From positions 1-42,439 of the forward strand of contig CALVUJ010000002.1 of NCBI GenBank assembly GCA_944363575.1: 42,439 nt of DNA. The letters run 5' to 3'. This document shows, piece by piece, positions 37,026-42,439 of the stretch; within the stretch, counting starts at the first letter, position 1; every line of letters starts with the position of its first letter. The notes under the pieces are model-generated. The model saw only the letters and a program-made list of their open reading frames with translations. It did no database searches and was not told where the DNA came from. This DNA is from an uncultured Bacilli bacterium. Its GTDB lineage: Bacteria > Bacillota_I > Bacilli_A > RFN20 > DUOF01. The position numbers were made by a program, and so were the translations under genes.

Positions 37026-37262
37026 TTAAAATTTCTTTTCAATATTTTTAGGAATTTTATCTTTAATAATCGCATCAATTATTTTCTCTTCTCTTTCCTT
37101 ACTCACATCTTTACCAGCTAAAGTAGCCACACTCTTAATTAACTTCCTTAACTCTTTCTCGTCTTTCAAGTTCTTATTTTGAATTGATCTCGCCAAACTT
37201 AAAATATCCTCTTTTTTAACATTAGTCTTCTTCTCAACTCGCTCAAAAAAATTATTATTCAT
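37026..37262 (-). CDS. Small protein resembling stage VI sporulation protein F (SpoVIF/YjcC family)
   Basis: MNNNFFERVEKKTNVKKEDILSLARSIQNKNLKDEKELRKLIKSVATLAGKDVSKEREEKII matches my recollection of the SpoVIF N-terminal pattern FF.NIEKKTGV...L...Q.ANF.DE; not verified. Confidence 0.4.
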   Translation of the reverse strand: MNNNFFERVEKKTNVKKEDILSLARSIQNKNLKDEKELRKLIKSVATLAGKDVSKEREEKIIDAIIKDKIPKNIEKKF

Positions 37263-37316
37263 TCAAAAAACCTCCTACTTAGATATATGCAAAAAGCCTA
37301 TCTAATGTTAAAGGTT

Positions 37317-38624
37317 TTAATTTTTAACTCGACATTTAATAACTAAAGGAGTCCCTACAAACCCAAAAGCTTCCCTTAACTTATTCTCTAAAAATCTAGC
37401 ATATGAAAAATGTAAATACTCAGGATTATTAACAAATAATATAATAACCGGCGGTCTAACACTTACTTGATTTACATAACTAATCTTTAAAATACCCCCA
37501 TTAAATTCTACTGGTGGATTTCTTAAAATCGCTTCTAATAACACTTCATTTAAAACACTCGTTGAAATTCTCGTTGAAGCACCTTCATAACACTCATTAA
37601 TTAAAGAAAAAACATTCCCAATTCTCTCTTTTGTTACAGCACTAACAAAAACAATCGGAGCAAAGCTTAAAAACTTAAACTCATCTCTAACTTTTTTTTC
37701 AAAACTAGCCATCGTATGACTATCCTTCTTCACTAAATCCCATTTATTAACCACTATCAAAATAGACTTACCCGCTTCAGTAGCATAACCTGCAACATGC
37801 TTATCCTGCTCCCTTATACCAGTACTAGCATCAATAACTAACACACACACATCACTACGATCAATCGCCCTTAAAGCCCTCAAAGCTGCATACTTATCAA
37901 TAGACTCAAAGATTTTTCCCTTCTTCTTAAGCCCTGCTGTATCAATTGCCACATACTCTTTACCATCCTTAACAAACGGTGTATCTATCGCATCTCTAGT
38001 AGTGCCTTCAATGCTTGAAACAATAACCCTCTCTTGCCCTAAAATAGCATTCGTTAAACTAGACTTACCCACATTAGGTCTCCCAATAAAACAAAACTTA
38101 ATACTATTTTCATACTCTTCATAAACTTTATTAGAAAAATAACTTATAATCTTATCCAATAAATCACCAATACCAACCCCATGTATTCCACTTACCGCAA
38201 TTGGATCGCCTAATCCTAAAGAATAAAAATCATAAATATTATTTAATAAATGCCCATCATCTATTTTATTAACAGCTAAAATAATTGGTTTTTTCCATTT
38301 TCTCAATAACGAACAAACATATTCATCATTAGAATCTACCCCACTTCTACCATCACCTACATATACGATAATATCAGCTTCTTCCATAGCAATTTCCGCT
38401 TGCATTTTAATAGATTCTTGAAAAGGAGCATCTTTTAACTCAATTCCCCCTGTATCAATAACTCTAAACTCTTTCCCTAGCCACATAGCCTTCGCATATA
38501 ACCTATCTCTAGTAACCCCTGGTGTATCTTCAATAATAGCTCTCTTCTCTCCAATAACACGATTAAAAATAGTAGACTTCCCTACATTAGGCTTCCCAAT
38601 AAATGCCACTACTGCTTCAACCAT
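37317..38624 (-). CDS. der: Ribosome-biogenesis GTPase Der (EngA), tandem GTPase domains plus KH-like domain
   Basis: Two G-domains (GKPNVGKST...DTGG; GRPNVGKSS...DTAG) and a C-terminal KH-like domain. Confidence 0.92.
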   Translation of the reverse strand: MVEAVVAFIGKPNVGKSTIFNRVIGEKRAIIEDTPGVTRDRLYAKAMWLGKEFRVIDTGGIELKDAPFQESIKMQAEIAMEEADIIVYVGDGRSGVDSNDEYVCSLLRKWKKPIILAVNKIDDGHLLNNIYDFYSLGLGDPIAVSGIHGVGIGDLLDKIISYFSNKVYEEYENSIKFCFIGRPNVGKSSLTNAILGQERVIVSSIEGTTRDAIDTPFVKDGKEYVAIDTAGLKKKGKIFESIDKYAALRALRAIDRSDVCVLVIDASTGIREQDKHVAGYATEAGKSILIVVNKWDLVKKDSHTMASFEKKVRDEFKFLSFAPIVFVSAVTKERIGNVFSLINECYEGASTRISTSVLNEVLLEAILRNPPVEFNGGILKISYVNQVSVRPPVIILFVNNPEYLHFSYARFLENKLREAFGFVGTPLVIKCRVKN

Positions 38625-39279
38625 TTTTAATCACTCCTTTTGCTAATTCCACAACCTTATTTACCACTTCTTCAACTTCCGTATAAGTAGTATCTACTAC
38701 TATTACATCCTCGCCTTTAACCAACGTCTTATTAATAATCATATCCCTATAATCTCTATCTTTCATCAATTCTCTAACTCTTTGCAAACTAGTCTCTTTC
38801 CCTTTTCCCTTTTCTTGTAAATATCTTCTTTTTACTCTTTCCTCAAAACTAGCCTCCAAATAAATCTTTAACTCAGCATCCTTCAAAACAACACTAGTAA
38901 TATCTCTACCATCCATCACAACACCCTTTTCACTAGCTATATTCTTCTGAATGTTAATTAAAAATTCTCTAACATAAGGTTTACCCGCTACTATAGATAC
39001 ACTTTTATTAACTTCATCACTCCTAATATCTTCACTAATATCTATACCATCATATATAACCTTATCTTCCTCAATTTCATAATCATATTCTTTTATTAAC
39101 AACTCTTTAATCTTCTCATCTTCATTTAAAGAAACCTTCTTTTTTATCAAAATATAAGTAAGAACTCGATACATAACACCCGTATCCACATACAAATATC
39201 CTAATCTTTTGGCCACTAACTTAGCAACAGTCCCTTTACCACTACCAGCAGGACCATCAACAGCAATATTTATTTTCAC
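38617..39279 (-). CDS. cmk: Cytidylate kinase
   Basis: P-loop IAVDGPAGSGKGT and CMP kinase family layout. 8-nt overlap with der. Confidence 0.88.
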   Translation of the reverse strand: MKINIAVDGPAGSGKGTVAKLVAKRLGYLYVDTGVMYRVLTYILIKKKVSLNEDEKIKELLIKEYDYEIEEDKVIYDGIDISEDIRSDEVNKSVSIVAGKPYVREFLINIQKNIASEKGVVMDGRDITSVVLKDAELKIYLEASFEERVKRRYLQEKGKGKETSLQRVRELMKDRDYRDMIINKTLVKGEDVIVVDTTYTEVEEVVNKVVELAKGVIKNG

Positions 39280-39335
39280 TTCTTACCCTCCTTTTAAATA
39301 AAAAAGTACTCTTATTATAGTACTTTCTTTCTTAA

Positions 39336-39941
39336 TTATAATCTAATTATTTTAAAAATTAATAAAATTCCAACGATTATTACCGCTATTAAAGCTACAA
39401 ATAACAACCCTAAAACCAACGATTTAAAATTCTTCGTTTTAATTTTTGTTTCCTTACGAACATCAACACCCTCATGCTGACGTATTCTCTCTTGCATCAT
39501 TTCTGGAGTATAACTAGAATCATTAGGACTCTTTTTCAATAATTTTTTGTTTTGTTTTAATCGCTCTTGTTGCTCAATCTTAGCACGCAGAATCTCCTCA
39601 ACAGACAACTTATCTGTAAAAGCAATTGGTTTTTCAAAAAGCCTTTCATCTACCACAAGCTCATTCTTTTTCCTTTTTTCCTCTTTTACTTTAACTAATT
39701 CATGCTTTTTTCTTTCTTTACCACTAACTTCTTTAGCAATAGCCACTAAAGCACCCTTTTTCTTCTCTTCACCTTTTTTATTACCTTTTTCACTTACAGA
39801 TGTTTGCTTCTCTGAAATTTCCCCTAATTTAGGATCAATAGCCTTTAACTTCTCTTCATATGACTGCTCCTTATTATTTTTCATTTCAGTATCTAAATCA
39901 TCATATAATTTCTTATTTTTTTCAACACGAGATTTAGCCAT
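39336..39941 (-). CDS. Lys/Glu-rich coiled-coil protein with C-terminal TM anchor, uncharacterized
   Basis: ORF. C-terminal LVLGLLFVALIAVIIVGILLIF. Start set at MAKSR on RBS spacing. Confidence 0.5.
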   Translation of the reverse strand: MAKSRVEKNKKLYDDLDTEMKNNKEQSYEEKLKAIDPKLGEISEKQTSVSEKGNKKGEEKKKGALVAIAKEVSGKERKKHELVKVKEEKRKKNELVVDERLFEKPIAFTDKLSVEEILRAKIEQQERLKQNKKLLKKSPNDSSYTPEMMQERIRQHEGVDVRKETKIKTKNFKSLVLGLLFVALIAVIIVGILLIFKIIRL

Positions 39942-40052
39942 TATCATTCACCTTCCATTAACATCTCTCTATCTATAAGTATATTTTAATTTTGCTTTTA
40001 TTGCAAATAAAATATTATTACTTTATAATTATTTTAATGAAGGGGGAAAACA

Positions 40053-40253
40053 ATGAAAAAGGCTCGTATAAAAAAAGATAGTTGCATAGGCTGTGGCTTA
40101 TGTACATCTATTGCTAGCGAAGTATTTGCTTTTGGTGATGATGGTCTTGCAGAAAACGTTTTAGGAGACAACACTGAATTACCTGAAGATGTACAAGATA
40201 GTGTTCAAGAAGCTGCAGACTCTTGCCCTGTTAATGCTATCGAGATAGAATAA
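40053..40253 (+). CDS. fer: Small ferredoxin (single [3Fe/4Fe-4S] cluster type)
   Basis: CIGCGLC ... CP motif, 66 aa, acidic. Confidence 0.8.
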   Translation: MKKARIKKDSCIGCGLCTSIASEVFAFGDDGLAENVLGDNTELPEDVQDSVQEAADSCPVNAIEIE

Positions 40254-40254
40254 T

Positions 40255-40292
40255 AAAAAAGGCCAGATTGGTCTTTTTTTTATAAACAAAAA
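40255..40292. terminator. Terminator-like A-run/hairpin/T-run between convergent fer and the downstream membrane protein gene
   Basis: taataaaaaaGGCCAGAttGGTCTTttttttat. Confidence 0.4.
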
Positions 40293-40309
40293 AATCTAAT
40301 AATTTCCAA

Positions 40310-41110
40310 TTATTTACTTATTTTGTTTTTCTGTTCTATTTCTGCTTTTTTATTTTTAACATTTAAAGATTTGAAATAGTCAGCACAAAAACGAAAACAT
40401 TTATATAAAGACTGGTCATGCCATTTCAAAGTTATCGCTTCATAGATAAGACTAGTTACAATAGCAATAATTATCATTAGAATCCCTGTCACCCACCAAG
40501 TAAATGGAGTGCCTTCTAAAAGAGGTGCGTTTAAGTACATATTGTTAGAATATCCCAAAACTTGATTTGAGAAAACCCCATAAACAACCATAACACTTAA
40601 ACCAATAAATACTCTAGGAACTTTATCTAATGAAGGTTTAGAATACTTAACAGCAAAACAAAGTATTGCAAGCGTAATCATTAAACCATGATATAAGAAA
40701 CTTATAAATGTATTTTGAACTCTTTCTTGACCAACATTATCCCCAGAAAAGAGAGTTAAAACTCCACCAATAAAACCTGAAAACAATGCAAAATATAAAT
40801 TTTTACTATCTTTTTTACAAAAAAGAACAAACAGAGGCATAACAAACCCCATAGTACTACAAAAAGAATTTGGAAGGAAATCAATTAAAGAAGGCGTCCA
40901 ATCATTATAGATAAACCTAGATAAAATCGTTGATAAAAGCGAAATTCCTGCTGTTACCTTTATCACAGTTATTTTTGACCTCTCTGTTTTAGCAAAAAGA
41001 AAAGTAAAAAGTAAAAGCAATGTTGTCATTATTGCCCATAAAATCATAAGCAAGATGTGAGGACCTTCATAAGGTGAGGATCCTACAAAAAAACTTTTAA
41101 TTTGTTCCAT
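40310..41110 (-). CDS. Polytopic integral membrane protein (possibly YwaF/TIGR02206-like), uncharacterized
   Basis: ORF with ~7 hydrophobic helices. Family assignment is a guess from composition and length. Confidence 0.5.
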   Translation of the reverse strand: MEQIKSFFVGSSPYEGPHILLMILWAIMTTLLLLFTFLFAKTERSKITVIKVTAGISLLSTILSRFIYNDWTPSLIDFLPNSFCSTMGFVMPLFVLFCKKDSKNLYFALFSGFIGGVLTLFSGDNVGQERVQNTFISFLYHGLMITLAILCFAVKYSKPSLDKVPRVFIGLSVMVVYGVFSNQVLGYSNNMYLNAPLLEGTPFTWWVTGILMIIIAIVTSLIYEAITLKWHDQSLYKCFRFCADYFKSLNVKNKKAEIEQKNKISK

Positions 41111-41482
41111 AATTTCTCATACGTCCTTCATTGTAGTATAATATCTTAACTTTAAAATTAAATCAATATTTATATTTTTATTTAGACAAGTTATACACAT
41201 TTAACACACAGCAATTTAAAACTAACAATTTTAAACAGTTCTTTTATTAGAAACAAAATTAAAACTTGCTTTTCTTATTAATTTTATATAAAATCAATAA
41301 TGTAGTATTTCAATTCGTCCATTCGCGATGTACTGCATAAGAACAATAATAAAGACTAGGTTAAAATCTTCTTTATGAATGGCAAAAATAATCAATAGAC
41401 AATTATTATGGTTGTTTTTTGCTATTGAAATAAAGGAGTTTTTTTGTTTTTACAACCAGCACAAAACAAAGGAGGAAGAAAT

Positions 41483-42238
41483 ATGAAAATAAAATTCAAT
41501 TACAAAGATGTAGCAAAAGAAATGGGTTGGAGCTTTAAAAAATTAAATTGTCTAACTATCAAGAAAACAGATTACGAGTATTATAAAAAAGTTGCTTCCA
41601 AAATAAACGAAAACACCATAATGCTGGACATTGGATGTGGAAGTGGAGAAAAAGCAATTCCATATTATGTAAAAGCTAAAAAAATATATGCAGCCGACAA
41701 CGAACCTAACATGTTAGAAAAGATGAAAGAAAATGTAGAAAAAACTTTTAAAGGCAAACCAAACTTAAAAGAAAAATTCATTTATCAAGAAATAGATTGT
41801 GAAAAAAATTTGCCCTATCCCGATGAATTCTTTGATCTTGTAGTTTCTAGACATTGCGGTGGTGACATGAACGAAATTTATCGTGTATTAAAAAAAGGAG
41901 GCTTCTGTATTTTACAAGACATTTCTGATGATGACTGCATAGAACTAAAAAAATTATTCAACAGAGGGCAAAACTACAATAAACCGAGTATCTGCAAACA
42001 ACTTTTAAACGAATGCTTTGATGCTAAATTCAAGGAAATAAATTTATTAAGATTTGAAGAATTAAATTACTTAAAAGAAGTAGCGGACCTAAAATATTTA
42101 TTATACCGAACTCCAATTCTTGACTATTACGATGATGAAAAAGATGATGAAACACTAAACAAATATGTGCAAGAACACACAACCGAAAAGGGAATATTAT
42201 TAATTAGAAAATTGCATGCACTTGAATTAAAAAAGTAA
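41483..42238 (+). CDS. Class I SAM-dependent methyltransferase
   Basis: Motif I LDIGCGSGEKAIPY and motif II-like DLVVSRH. Start moved to ATG 41483 with AGGAGGAAG RBS. Confidence 0.7.
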   Translation: MKIKFNYKDVAKEMGWSFKKLNCLTIKKTDYEYYKKVASKINENTIMLDIGCGSGEKAIPYYVKAKKIYAADNEPNMLEKMKENVEKTFKGKPNLKEKFIYQEIDCEKNLPYPDEFFDLVVSRHCGGDMNEIYRVLKKGGFCILQDISDDDCIELKKLFNRGQNYNKPSICKQLLNECFDAKFKEINLLRFEELNYLKEVADLKYLLYRTPILDYYDDEKDDETLNKYVQEHTTEKGILLIRKLHALELKK

Positions 42239-42261
42239 AACATATACAAAAAAACTCCAAA

Positions 42262-42296
42262 AAACCACCATCTCATATGGTGGTTTTTATATTAAT
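42262..42296 (+). terminator. Intrinsic terminator after the methyltransferase gene
   Basis: aaaaaCCACCATctcatATGGTGGtttttat. Confidence 0.65.
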
Positions 42297-42439
42297 TATT
42301 AAATTAAAGTAAAAAAACAAGCCCTTTTTAAGCTTGCTTTATTTAATCAACTCAAATAAACCACAACATATTACACTGAAATTTATCTTTTTCCATAATT
42401 ACCACTTTAATTTTATAAAGCATTATTTTTCAAACTAAT

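Noticed and set aside
39547-39978. 143-aa plus-strand ORF
   Set aside because: Antisense to the Lys/Glu-rich gene 39336-39941. Its low-complexity Ser/Phe-rich translation is typical of the reverse frame of a K/E-rich gene.
1-42439. CRISPR arrays, tRNA or rRNA genes, transposase or IS elements
   Set aside because: No regularly spaced short direct repeats, no cloverleaf-compatible GC-rich 75-nt islands, and no transposase-like ORFs were found on either strand. The only GC-enriched non-coding islands are rnpB and the 21990-22184 element.

Overview
Very AT-rich (roughly 27-30% GC by eye) chromosomal segment from a low-GC Bacillota (Firmicutes) bacterium, read with the standard genetic code. Several track ORFs begin at TTG/GTG, so I re-derived starts from RBS context. 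Most of the window is a compacted core neighbourhood on the minus strand whose order mirrors Bacillus subtilis synteny: rnpB (RNase P RNA, type B) next to gpsB; asnS, prmC, prfA, rpmE, murA, fba, rpoE(delta); then dnaD-nth on the plus strand; and cmk-der-[spoVIF-like]-spoIVA. The sporulation genes together with the RNA polymerase delta subunit suggest a spore-forming Bacillota lineage, possibly Erysipelotrichia-like; this placement is inference. Between an SPFH/zinc-ribbon gene (22347-23402) and spoIVA (35460-36938) lies a ~12 kb minus-strand block of two tandem paralogous modules. Each has its own promoter and terminator and encodes a VirB6/ConG/TcpH-like polytopic membrane protein followed by a VirB4/ConE/TcpF-like ATPase. 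One module also has a VirB3-like 2-TM protein; the other is headed by a pilin-like 2-TM protein. The window contains no relaxase, coupling protein, VirB8-like protein, cell-wall hydrolase or integrase. The block therefore looks like a duplicated, minimal, apparently non-conjugative T4SS-derived apparatus in a core chromosomal context, and it is my main candidate for a novel system. The 3' ~420 bp of the two ATPase genes are nearly identical at the DNA level, suggesting gene conversion. One VirB6-like gene carries a ~900-aa repetitive coiled-coil and G/P/T-rich extension. Other notable items: a structured ~190-nt terminator-ended candidate sRNA at 21990-22184; a degenerate ABC-type ATPase paired with an MBG/YDG-repeat secreted protein; a 1212-aa LRR+MBG surface protein; a kinase-fold protein lacking catalytic residues; an SGNH-like protein with GDY instead of GDS; and a five-gene cassette of uncharacterized membrane proteins downstream of asnS.
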